Notes under the pieces: model-generated
What the model saw: the letters and a program-made list of their open reading frames with translations, nothing else
Told to the model about the DNA's origin: nothing
Databases searched by the model: none
Assembly: GCA_964016885.1 (NCBI GenBank)
Contig: CAXHJY010001284.1
Location: 62,001 to 126,000 of the forward strand
Source: Eledone cirrhosa
Taxonomy: Eukaryota
Reading direction: 5' to 3'
DNA length: 64,000 bases
Program-made: the position numbers and the translations under genes
Part shown: piece by piece, positions 41,015 to 53,367 of the stretch
How positions within the stretch are numbered: position 1 is the stretch's first letter
Layout: the number at the start of each line of letters is the position of its first letter

Positions 41015-41510
41015 ATGGTAGCGGTGAAGGTGCTGGCGTTAGTGGTGGTGGTGATAATGGTGGTGGAGGCACTTGTGGTGATGGTGGCGGTGGTGGTGGT
41101 GGTGGTGTTGATGGTGGTGGCGATATGGTGGTGGTGGTAATGGTGGTGGAGGCACTTGTGGTGATGGTGGTGGTGGTGGTGGTGGTGGTAGCGGTGAAGG
41201 TGCTGGCGTTAGTGGTGGTGGTGATAATGGTGGTGGAGGCACTTGTGGTGATGGTGGCGGTGGTGGTGGTGGTGGTGTTGATGGTGGTGGAGGTATGGTG
41301 GTGGTGGTAATGGTGGTGGAGGCACTTGTGGTGATGGTGGTGGTGGTGGTGGTGGTGGTGGTAGCGGTGAAGGTGCTGGCGTTAGTGGTGGTGGTGATAA
41401 TGGTGGTGGAGGCACTTGTGGTGATGGTGGTGGTGGTGGTGGTGGTGTTGATGGTGGTGGCGGTATGGTGGTGGTGGTGGTGGTTATGGTGGTGGAGGCA
41501 CTTGTGGTGG
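41015..41510. repeat. ~170-bp GGT-rich tandem repeat, ~3 copies
   Basis: GGTAGCGGTGAAGGTGCTGGCGTTAG recurs near 41017, 41187, 41360. Confidence 0.85.
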
Positions 41511-41817
41511 TGGCGGTGGTGGTGGTGGTGGTGGAGGAGGAGGTGAAGGTAATGCTGGTGGTAGTGGTAGTGGTGGTGGAAGTGGTGGAGGTGTTGGTGG
41601 TGGTGTAACTGTGGCAGCTACGGTGGGTTTGGAGGTGGAAACGGTGCTTGTGGTGGGGTGGAGGTTAGGAGGAGGTGGGGTGGAGGTTAGGGGGAGGTGG
41701 GGATGTGGTGCTGAAGATGAAAGGAGTAGAAAGAAGATAAAGGAGAAGATGCATGATGAATAACAGGAAGAAGAAAAATTTGAGAAGATTCTGCAGCTGA
41801 TGCTGTTCAGGAGGAAA

Positions 41818-42413
41818 ACGACGATGACGATGACGATGCCCATGACGACGACGATGACGATGACGATGACGACGACGATGCCCATGACGACGACGATGAC
41901 GATGACGATGACGACGACGATGCCGATGAAGATGACGATGCCGATGAAGATGACGATGACGATGACGATGAAGATGACGATGATGATGGTAACGATGACG
42001 ATGCCCATGACGATGACGATGACGATGCCGATGACGATGACGATGACGACGACAATGCCCATGACGACGACGATGACGATGACGATGACGACGACGATGC
42101 CGATGAAGATAACGATGCCGATGAAGATGACGATGACGATGACGATGAAGATGACGATGATGATGACGATGACGATGAAGATGACGATGATGATGGCAAC
42201 GATGACGATGACAACGACGACCATGGTGATAAGAAAGATGATGCCAACAATGAGAACCATGACGGTGACGTCAATGATATTGATGATGATGATGATAATG
42301 ATGATAATGACGATGATGATGATGATAATGATGATAATGACGATGATGATGACGATGATGATGATGATGATGGCGAGGAGGAGGAGGAGGAGGAGGAGGA
42401 GGAGGAGGAGGAG
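41818..42413. repeat. (GAT/GAC)n then (GAG)n microsatellite
   Basis: Direct reading. Confidence 0.93.
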
Positions 42414-42490
42414 GAAGGGGATAAGATAGATGACGAGATAGAAATAAGATAAGGAAATGTCAGACAATGCAGCGGTTTGAGTGTCAACAA

Positions 42491-42683
42491 TGGTTTCTGA
42501 TTTAGACACAAGGTCAACAATTTGGAGAGATAGGGAAGTCGATTAAACCGACCCCAGTGCGTTACTGGTACTTTATTTTATTGACTCCGTAAGTATGAAA
42601 GGCAAAGCTAATCTCGGTGGGATTTGAACTCAGAATGTAAAGGGAGGTAACTATATTCTGCAAACATGTCCGGCGCTCTACCT
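42491..42683 (-). mobile_element. tRNA-derived SINE family 1
   Basis: Minus strand GAGTTCAAATCCC B box, TTTGCCTTTCATAC..GTCAATAAAATAAAGTACCAG core, tail GACCTTGTGTCTAAATCAGAAACC. Confidence 0.85.
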
Positions 42684-42894
42684 ATTACCTCCAATAATTT
42701 ACATAATTATAAAATTATGATGGTTTAGCTTTTAGTAACTGGAGTATTACTACAGCCTGGGTTATGAATAAATATGTATTCCATGATATACAACCTATAC
42801 GGGCTGCCACGGATGGAATGTCTTTGACCATAGACGTACTCGATCAAGATTGATCTGGCACTAATCTACGACCAAATAACATCTACTATCTATT

Positions 42895-43233
42895 ATCTAC
42901 TGCCCGTTATGCCTGACTGGCATGTAGGGCAACAACGAAGGTCCTCCATTTCTGTCTGCTCTACCCCACCTTCTAGATAGTACCCCATGTGTGTTGTCAA
43001 GTCTTCATCTCTCCCTCAACTGTTCTGCACTAGATGTTATTTGGCCTTCCTCGTTTTCGTTCGCCTTCTGGTGCCCACTGAAGGGCTGCTCTTGGGATGC
43101 TATCTTCCTCTCTTCTGACAACATGCCTTATTCACTTCCATCTTCTTCTGAGAATGATTGCTGACATATTCTCCTGTTGACATCTATCCTTTACCATTCC
43201 TCACTGGAAATATTTTCAGGTCAAAAAATTCTA
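42895..43233 (-). mobile_element. 3' fragment of an RTE-clade LINE
   Basis: RRRWK*IRHVVRR..DSIPRAALQWAPEGERKRGRP...RQKWRTFVVALHAS, typical RTE C-terminus with stops. Confidence 0.85.
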
Positions 43234-43400
43234 AATAACAACTACACATATCCACAAACTTCAACTAACCACTATTAACCATAATTTATTAACATCAGAT
43301 CTCATCGGCTTCTATCATGTCCCTACAGCCAACCATTACAATATACCATACCATTTTCAACCACTTTCAATTCCCACTACGATCTTACAAACATTCATGA

Positions 43401-43665
43401 CACTCTTACCCTACCATTTGAGACCAACCTCACGTGTTTCCCCATCAACATACCACTCTTACCATACCATTTGAGACTAGCCTCACGTGTTTCCCCATCA
43501 ACATACCACTCTTACCCTACCATTTGAGACCAGCCTCACGTGTTTCCCCATCAACATACCACTCTACCATACCATTTGAGACCAGCGTCACGTGTTTCCC
43601 CATCAACATACCACTCTTACCCTACCATTTGAGACCAGCCACACGTGTTTCCCCATCAACATACC
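43401..43665. repeat. 53-bp tandem repeat, ~5 copies
   Basis: Unit CACTCTTACCCTACCATTTGAGACCAGCCTCACGTGTTTCCCCATCAACATAC at 43401, 43454, ... Confidence 0.92.
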
Positions 43666-44461
43666 ATCATGTCTTACAGCTATCTACTACCATCTACATT
43701 CCATTATCAACCAACCTCACTCTTCCTACACAGATTTATTACATCTACAACAGACCTAACAATTCACACATACGCACACCATTCACACCACCATCCACAC
43801 CACCACCCACGCCAACATTTACACGGCCATCCACGTCACCATCCACACCACTATCCACTCCGCCATCAACAATACCATCCACACCACCATTCACACCACC
43901 ACCCAATCACCATCCACGCCAACATCTACACTGCCATCAACAATACCATACACGTCACCACCCACTCCACCATCAACAATACCATCTACGTCACCATCCA
44001 CTCCACCATCAACAATACCATCCACGTCACCACCCAATCCGCCATCAACAATACCATCCATCACCATTTAACATCCATTTCTCCTCGACACCGTCCTTGG
44101 TGATCACGAAAGCGATCGTACTGAAATAGTTTTTCTTTCGATATAAGATGCCAGGAACAGACAGACAGACACAGAGACCAACAGACAGACACACAGACCA
44201 ACAGACCAACAGACAGACACACAGACCAACAGACAGACAAATTTCTGTTTATTTGCCACTAGGGCACAAAAGAAAGGGACATGTACATGGGTGGGGGGAG
44301 TTTACATAAAAGTCGAGTAAGAAAAATATAACAAACAAAATAGTAACAAGAAGGTCCTCAATAGGGAGGGATCGTTTTGGGGTCACACACACCCCCGAAA
44401 AAATGTGCGACCCTTCTCCACGGGAGCACAAAGAGAGGGTGCTCCCTTCTTCATTTTCCAC

Positions 44462-47400
44462 CTACAGGCTGAGGTAGAGAGAAGGCCCATTCACACGGGC
44501 CATTCTCGCAACTTTCACCCACCTTTCATAAAACTGGCTGGAGTGGAGCACCTCTCTCTCCATCCTGATCCTTCTTCCGAAATGGTATCGGAAGTAAAGG
44601 ACCAGTTGTTGGCCGGAAAGAAAGGTGTCCGACCTCAGCCCTTTCAGACGCGTCCACCATATAACCTCTTTTACCATGGCTATTACACAGAGGAAGACCG
44701 CCTCTCCTTCATTTTTGAAGGGGGGAGGCGGCTTGATCGTTACAATGGACTCGGTGGTCAACCTAATTGGTCCCACCCGTGACAGCAGTTGTTCGACATA
44801 GCCCCACAGATCGGCAACGCCCGGGCAGTGCACCAATGCGTGCGCGACGGTTTCCTCGTCGCACACGCATCTGGGACAGATCTTTTTCGAGGGGTCCCTA
44901 CCCGGGCGCCCGTGTCTGTAGAGCTTATCCCGAACGGGCAGAGCCCCTCGGTAGCATTGCCAGGCCAAGGACTTCTGGAAGTTGTCCATAGGTCCCGGGC
45001 CGAAAGTCCTACCGAATAGACTGGCCAGTTCGTCCTCCTCCATGCCTAGGGTTTCTCCGAGGGCGTCGTCGCACCTGCTAACCACCATCCCTCTATAGAA
45101 TGACGAGGTGGAGTCTCCGTCGATAGCTGAGTCCGCCTGCCAGAGAGCCGTGAGCGCCTGGGCACACTCGGTGTGCCAGTCGCCCAGTTTTCTCGGTCTT
45201 TGCTTCACCCAGGACTGCAGCTCGGTGAGCGAGACGAGCCTCGGGAAGGCTCACCTCACAAACGGGGCCCACACCGGTTGACCGGTGAGGAGTACCTGGA
45301 GGTGCCTTAGCCTCAATGCGTGTTTACGCATTTTTAGCCACGGCTCCCCAGCCCTCCTTTCAAAGGGTGTTGACAGCAGATGGATCTCCTCACCAGAGGA
45401 GACCTCTTCTTCCAAAGGAAATAAAAGAGGGCGCGCTCCATTTTGGCGAGGATCTCACCCGGGCAAGGCACGACAGTCAAGCTGTAATAGATGACGGACG
45501 CTATGTAAGCGTTCGCCACCTCCGCCCGACCTTTCAGGGATAGTTTGCACTCGGCCCAATTCTGGGTCAGTGCAAACACCCTATTCGTCACCTCACCCCA
45601 GTTTTTCTCCACCTGGAGGTCCGGTCCGAACCAGACCCCAAGCAACTTCACCGGGCCCTCCGTCCACCGTCCGACGATACCGTCGCACGACATCGCTTTG
45701 CCTCTCCACTCGCCGAGTTGCAAAGCGACTGACTTGTCCCGGTTCAGCTTAGCCCCTGTCAACCTTTCGTACTCCTCCAGTAAGGTGCCGATTGCCTCGA
45801 TTTTCGAGGTGGTCGACACCATTACTGTTACGTCATCAGCATAGACCGACACCGCTTTGCGCAATCCCGGTTCCAAAGGGATGCCCTGCAACAACTCCAA
45901 CTTGCGCAGTAGTGGCTCGAGAGCCAATACATACAGAAGGGAGGAGAGAGGGCACCCCTGTCGGATGGAGCGGGTGATTTCGAACGGCTCCGAAAGGTAG
46001 CCGTTCTATTGACTCTAGAGCAGATGCGGCTGCTGTGCATGGCAGTGATCCAGCCCCTGAAAACGGGTCCGAACCCAGCCGCCGCTAGCACCGCATCCAG
46101 GTAACCATGGTCCACCCTATCGAACGCTTTAGACTGATCTAAATTTATCAGGGCCCCACCAAAGCCGGGTTCGTTCCCAACCCTCTCTATGATGTATCGC
46201 ATGAGGTGGAGGTTGTCGTGGATGGACCTGGACGGGATAGCGCATGTCTGCGCATCTACCACCAGGCCCCCCACGACAAGCGCCAACCTCTTCGCTAACA
46301 CCTTGGCCAAAATCTTTAACTCTGCATTTAGCAGAGTTATGGGCCTAAAATTACTAATGTCATCCCCCTTGTTCTCGTCATCCCTCACTAGCGAAACTAC
46401 GCCCTTGGTCATAGGACAGGGAATTTTCACGTTCTGTTGCCAGTTGCAGTAGACCGCCTCGAGGAGATCGGGGAACAAGTCCGGCATATTAATATATAGT
46501 TCGCAGGGCAGACCATCGAGGCCTGAGATTTGCGTTTGCCGCATAGGCTTAGCACGTCCCCTGTTTCAGCAGCTGAGATCGGCCTGTCGCAGGACCTCGC
46601 CTCCTCGTCGGAAAGGCGCGGCAGGCCGTCGAGGAATGTACCGAAATCCACATCCCCAACCGCCCCCGAATCCCGAACAATCGGGCAAAGTGCCTTTGAA
46701 AGGCCTCGCACATTTGCTTAGGTTCAAGGATCACCCGTCCATCCTGGTCTCGCAAAGATCGGATAGTGGATCTAATCCCACTTTTGGCTTCTGTCACGCG
46801 GGCCCAGCTAACAGCTTTGGTCCCCTCGTTTCCCAGAGCACGTATTTTGCTCCGGACAACGCAACCTCCGTGTTTCGCGTCGAAGAACTGGCTCAAGGCC
46901 GTTCTCGACGCTTGCACTCTGCCCACGTTGCCGCTTCTCATTGCCTCTTCAACATTAACTACCAACTCCCTTTCCTTCCTATTCTATATGAGGCTAAATC
47001 CTTACTAACTCCTATTGAAACTACTCTAATCTCTCTTTTCAGAGAGCCCCACCACCTGCTGTTGACGATGGCGCCCGTCAACCTCTCCTTAACTAAGGTT
47101 CTAATCCGGTCCCTGTAAGCTCTACTTACCGGTAAGGACAAGTTGAGCTTCCAGTAACCGGGTCCCTGCCTATGCGTTCTATCAAGGTGGACTACGCAGG
47201 TCACTAACTTGTGGTCTGAATAGCCCACCATGAGCATTTCTGGACAACTTAAAAAGTCCTTATCCTTAATTCTAACTAAGAACCTATCTAAGTACGATCT
47301 AGATTGACCGCTATGGTTTGTCCAAGTCCAGGTTGCCACAGTCGGAAAATCTAGTCGATATCTATCGGCCAGGTCAAATCGGCCGATTAACCCCTTGAGA

Positions 47401-47890
47401 TTGTTACACCCCCTCTATCGGGACATGCCCCTACATAGTCCCAACGTGCATCTAGTATACCATTCCAGTCCCCCACTAAAAGCAAGGAGCGGGACGTCCC
47501 TAGAAAAGTCTCCAGACGATGGAAGAAGTCCGACCGCATTGCTCCAAAAGGGGCGTAAACGGCGACAAGCCTAAAAGCTTCGCCTTCACCACTGCCAAGG
47601 TCCAGAACCACGAGTCGACCCTCCGGGTCCAAGTGTACCGTCTGTGTAGCGAGACCCAGATGTTTTTGCAGCAGAACGACAACCCCACCCCCACCTCCGA
47701 GCTGACAGAGAGATGCGTGCATCTCAAAGTCATCAAAGGTGGGGGCTAGTTGTCGCACGCTGCTGATCCGGGCCTCGCAAATAACCGTTACATTTATACA
47801 TCGTGACCTGAGGTCATTTAGCAGCATTGATTGCTTCCAAGGTGAGCCCAGGCCACGCGCATTTAGACAACCTACTCTTAACACAGCCAT
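44462..47890 (-). pseudogene. ORF2 of copy D (APE + RT + Zn), frameshifted
   Basis: CLNARGL, GDWN, SYLDRFLV, YSDHKLV, FRPITLLNAELKIL, DQSKAFDRVDH, YADDV, CPRC..EETVAHALVHCP. Confidence 0.92.
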
Positions 47891-49521
47891 GTTGGTGGTA
47901 AAGAGAGAGGCACTCACCTCTCTGCGTCCCGGGTCCGGGCTGTTCAGTTTCCATGGGGGGGGGGTTATCGTGGTGTGGGGGTATTAGTGTGTTGAGGGGT
48001 TGGCGTGTTTGGAATTGTGTGGGTATTTGAGGAAGGGAGGGGAAAACCTTTCAGGAGGACGCGGTTGAGTGTCCTGGTGCAGGGCGGCCCCACGTCCTCC
48101 GGGTAAATGTTTTTAATGATTTGAAAATGTCAAGTGGGACCTTCACCATTTTCAGGTTAGGGAGTCCCATTGCTATTGTAAAATACGGCCCTTCGGTTCA
48201 TACCGAAGGGTTGTTGTTTATTTTGTCTGTTAATTTTTTATTGTTTTTGTTTATGTATGTGTAGAGTTTTTGTGTTGTGTTTGTTTTTGTTTGTTGTTCT
48301 TGAGTGAGCTTGCGTTTTGTTGTCTGTGTTGTGTTGTCAGGTGGGTTTATTTTTGTTTGTGTGGTGTGTGTACGTTTTTTTCTTTTGACTTTTTGGAAGG
48401 GAGCCCCCTCGTCTTCCGAGGATATGAGCTCCTCTTCCGTATTAGAGGGGAGGGTATATTGCCAGGTTGTGTTTGCACTGCGTGTGTTTTTGTAATTGTG
48501 TTCTGTGGGGAGGGGTTGGGTGGGACCGTGTTTTGGGTTGTTTTCTTGAGCTGTTGTTGTTGATGTTGTTGTTGTGGTGGTTGTGGTGATGTTGATGGTG
48601 TTATTGTTTGTGGTGTTTGTAATAATGGTTTCTTTTTTATCAGTTGACGGCATGCAGCCCTCAGGTGACCTCTGCATACGCAGTGGTAACACGCAGGTCG
48701 CCTACCCTCAACTGAAATATTTATGTAGGTCTCTCCATCTAAATGAATTCTCTGTGGGATCTTCGCTATCCTTTCTGGACTCATCTGCACCAGAAGTTCT
48801 ACGCTGGTCCCACTAAAGACCTCTCTGGGGGACTTTCCATCTGAGATTCTAATGTCTTGGTCAAGATCTAAAACGCCACAAAGTAGCCACCTAGTGTCTA
48901 CTTTGGGTCTTATGCAGATGAATTTTATTTTTTGAGACCTTCTTCCCATGTAAGACGGGAAAAAGGTGAAGTGGGTGGATACAATGGGCTCAATGGAATG
49001 TTTTTCCGCCGTTTCTTGATCCTTCATAAGCACCGAGATGCTACCGAAGAGTTTGCCTTTTTGAATGAACAAAATGCTTTCGATTTGGTTCCTTAAAACC
49101 GGCTCTATCTCACTCTGAGACGGTTGCACTGGTTTCTTTGTAGCATTCGAGATTGTCTTGAACACCACCGTGCTGGTGGCAATTTCTCTTTTTATTTCTT
49201 CTGGGGAATTAATGCTGAATGAACCATCGGGTTCGAAAGTCACATATCTTTTTGCTTCTTCCAACTTTTGCTTTGCGTTGGTTAAATCTAAAGGTAGGAA
49301 CACTTGTGTTATTTTTACAGTGTCTGCAAAGGAAATTTTGTTGTCGTTGTCTTTCTTGTTATTGTTGTTGTTGTCGCTGTTCACTTTGGTGTTCGTATTG
49401 GTATCGATAATTTTTCCGTTGCTGGTATTATTTCCAATTTGTGTCTTTTCGGTTGTTGACTGTTGTTCCTTATTAACGTTTTTCGTTAAAGGAAGGGGGA
49501 AGCTGGGCACTTTGTGCTTTC
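47878..49521 (-). pseudogene. ORF1 of copy D, CCHC knuckle, frameshifted
   Basis: ORF 48347-49510 homologous to copy B ORF1 (TVVFKTI, FTFFPSYMG, YINISVEGRRP). Confidence 0.85.
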
Positions 49522-49986
49522 ATTTTTCCTCGAAGATTTTTTTTTCTTTGGGGAGCGTGGCACCATGGTATTAATGCCGTCCATTACTACAAGCTGAGTT
49601 CACAAAATTGTAAGAAGAAAACTTTCACCCCAAAAAGGGGCGAAAACAATAATAACCCCAACGTCAGCAGGCCCAAACGAGGGGTTAAACTATATCACAA
49701 TAGAAAAATAAATCCCAAAACTCACTCTTTAAAAGGTAAAACCAATGTAAAACACAGAGCTCGTTACGACGCGTCTACCTCCGTCGACAGACACAGACAG
49801 ACTGACAGACACACTGACAGACTGACAGAGAGACAGACAGACAGACACAGACAGACACACAGACACACAGACACACAGACAGACACAGACACACACACGG
49901 ACATGTTATTGATTTCGTAACATGGCACAGTTCAAGGCAGTTATCGATCAAGGACTGAAGGAGCAACTAATTGGTCTTGAACTGTA

Positions 49987-50843
49987 TTGGTGGTGGTGGT
50001 GGTGGTGGTAATAGTGGTGGGGTTGGTGGTGGTGGTGGTGGTGGTGGTAATAGTGGTGGTGTTGGTGGTGGTGGGGTGGGGGGTGGGGGTGACAGTGGTG
50101 GTGATAGTGGTGGTGGTGGTGGTGGTGGTGGTGGTGGTGGTGGTGGTGGTGGTAATAGTAGTGGTGGTGGTGATAGTGGTTGTGGAAGTGGTGGTGATGG
50201 TGGTGGTGGTGGTGGTGGCGAAGGCGGTGGTGGTGGTGGTGGCATTACTGGTGCTGGTGGTGGCAGTGGTGGTGGAGGTGGTGGTGAAGCCGGTGGTGGT
50301 GGTGGTGATAGTGGTGTGTAAGTGGTTGCGGTGGTGGTGGTGGTGGTGGTGACAGTGGTGAGGTAGTGGTTGCGGTGGTGGTGGTGGTGGTGGTGGTGGT
50401 GGTGATGGTGGTGGTGGTGGTGTCAGTGGTGTGGTAGTGGTTGCGGTGGTGGTGGTGGTGGTGGTGGTAGTGGTGTTGATGGTGGTGGTGGTAGTGAAAG
50501 AGTGGTTAGTGTCGGTGATGATGATGATAGAAGTAAATGTAATTGTGATTATGTTAATAGCAATCGGGTTGATGAAGGTTGTGGTGGTGATGGTGGTGGT
50601 GGTTGTGGTGGTGGTATGTTGGTGGGGTTTGAGGTGGTAGTTGAGGTGGTAGTTGAGGTGGTGGTTGCGGCTGAGGTGGTGGTGTTGGTGGTGGTGCTAT
50701 GTTGGGGTTGTAGTGATGTAGCTAGAGATGGTTCTAATGGCGGTCGTGCTGGTTATTTTAATGATGTTGGTGGTGGTGGGGGTAGTTAGGGGTGATTATA
50801 GCAAGGGGTTGAAGGTCGCTGACTGTATTGAGAGTGCTTACCA

Positions 50844-50877
<34 letters not shown>

Positions 50878-50908
50878 CTCTCACACACCAACACACGCGT
50901 TATATATA

Positions 50909-50950
<42 letters not shown>

Positions 50951-52380
50951 TGTGTGTGTGTGAGAGAGAGAGAGTGTGTGTGTGTGTGTGTGTTCATGGG
51001 TGTATTTATGTGCATACGTGTGTGTGTATGTGGAAATGTCGGCGAGTTTTATGAGCGATTACAGTAATGGCGGCGATTATAGTAATGGCGGTGATGTCGC
51101 TTTGATTGTTGTTTGTGATGTTGTTGATGGTGCTGATGATACTGGTGGTGATACTGGTGGTGCTGGTGATGCTGGTGATGCTGGTGGTGTTACTAGTGGT
51201 GAAGAGGGTGCTTTCTCGCTGGTGGGAGATGAGGTGGGGGAGGAGGTGGTGGTGGTGGTGGAATAACGCTGCCGGCGACGTTGAGCGTGATTTGGCGTGT
51301 GTAGCTGCGTGCATATATATAAGGATTTGGCTGCTGTTGGTATAGGGTGGTGGTGGTAGTGGTGGTAGTGCTGGTAGTGGTGGTAGTGGTGGTGGTGATG
51401 GGGGTGGTGGTGGTGGTGGTTGCGTTGATAGTGGTGGTGGTGGTGGTGGTGGTAGTGGTGGTGGTGGTGATCGTCGTCGTCGTCAGGGTGGTAAACGTGT
51501 TGTTGTTAGCGGAAGTGGTGGTGAGGTGGTGGCGGCGGTGGTGGTGGTGGTGGTGGTGGTAGTGGTGGTGGTGGTGGTGGTGGTAGTGGTGGTGGTAGTC
51601 GTCGTCGTCGTCAGGGTGATAAACGTGTTGTTGTTAGCGGAAGTGGTGGTGAGGTGGCGGCGGCGGCGGTGGTGGTGGTGGTGGTTGTAGTGATGGTGGT
51701 GGTGGTGGTGGTGGTGGTGGTGGTGGTGGTGGTTGTGGCATGGTGGTGTTGGTGGCATGGTGGTGGTGGTGGGGGTGGGGGTGAGGCTGATGATTGGTGG
51801 TGTAGCTGGTGCTGTTGATTCTGTGTACCTGTCAGTGTGTGTGTGTCTATGTGTGTACGTGTGCGTGTATGTATGTATGTGTGAGTGTGTATGTGTGTGT
51901 AGAAATATATGTTTATATGTATGTATGTATATATGAGAATGCGTGTGTATGTATGCATGTATGTATGTATGCATGCATGTATGTATGAATGTATATGAAG
52001 GCATGTATGTGTAAATGTATGTGAATATGTGTATTTATATATGCATAGATGTGTGTACGTATGTATTAATGTTTGTATAAATGTATATGTATGAATGTAT
52101 GTATGTATGTATGTATGTATGTATATATGCATGAATCTGTGTGTCTGTATGAGGATATTTCTATGTATGTGTGCGTGTATACAGGCACACATGCCTTTAT
52201 GCGTGTAAATGTTTGGAGGGCAGAGTAAGGTGGAGTAGGTTGGAGGGTGGTGGTTGAAATGGTGGTAGTGTTGGTGGTGGTGTTGGTGGTGGTGTTGGTG
52301 GTGGTGGTGGTGGTAGTGATCGTGGTGGTGATGGTGGTGGTGGTGGTGTTGTTGGTGGTGGTGGTGGTAGTGGTAGTGTT
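49987..52380. repeat. (GGT)n-rich and (TG)/(TATG) compound low-complexity region
   Basis: Direct reading. Confidence 0.9.
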
Positions 52381-52538
52381 GTTGGGATAATGCTGCCGGC
52401 TGCACGGATTCTGCTTGCGTGCCTGCGTGTGTGTGTGAACACAGTTCGTGTGCTTCTATGTGTATGTGTATACATATATATATGTGTGTATACATATATA
52501 TATATATATATGTATACATATATATATGTGTGTATACA

Positions 52539-52605
<67 letters not shown>

Positions 52606-52629
52606 ACATACGTATATACATCATAAATA

Positions 52630-52668
<39 letters not shown>

Positions 52669-52824
52669 TGTGTGTGTGTGTGTTACAGAGAGTATTTAGA
52701 TGCGTGCTTGAGAATGCGGTTGCGTGTGTGAGTGTGTATGATGGAGATGAGGGTCGATTCACATATATAAGTGAGGGGGGGGGGAGAAGAGAGTGGAGTG
52801 GAAGGGTTCCCCTGGCAATGTGCG

Positions 52825-53300
52825 AGTTTGTGTACATGCGTGTATAGATGTGCGTGCGTGTTTGTGTACATGTGTGTGTCGATGTGTGTGTGTGCGTGTT
52901 TGTTTACATGTGTGTGTAGATGTGTGTGTGCGCGTGTTTGTGTACATGTGTGTGTAGATGTCTGTGTGCGCGTGTTTGTGTACATGTGTGTGTGCGTGTT
53001 TGTGTACATGTGTGTGTAGCTGTGTGTGCGCGTGTTTGTGTACATGAATGTGTAGATGTGTGTGCGCGTGTTTGTGTACATGTGTGTGTAGATGTGTGTG
53101 CGCGTGTTTGTGTACATGAGTGTGTAGATGTGTGTGCGCGTGTTTGTGTACATGTGTGTGTAGATGTGTGTGCGCGTGTTTGTGTACATGTGTGTGTAGA
53201 TGTGTGTGTGCGTGTTTGTGTACATGTGTGTGTAGATGTGTGTGTGCGTGTTTGTGTACATGTGTGTGTAGATGTGTGTGTGCGTGTTTGTGTACATGTA
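52825..53300. repeat. 36-bp TG-rich minisatellite
   Basis: Unit GTGTTTGTGTACATGTGTGTGTAGATGTGTGTGYGC, 12-codon periodicity. Confidence 0.9.
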
Positions 53301-53367
53301 CCTGTATATGTTGGTGTGCGTGCGTGACCGTGTTAGTGATTAATGCGAGATACGGCATTAGTTAATT

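Larger units (their letters stand above)
44241..49788 (-). mobile_element. Tx1/L1-clade LINE copy D, full-length, different subfamily
   Basis: 5'UTR, ORF1 (CYHCVCRGHLRAAC), ORF2 pieces 47890-44462; flanked by (GACA)n at 44158-44239 and 49786-49900. Confidence 0.93.
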
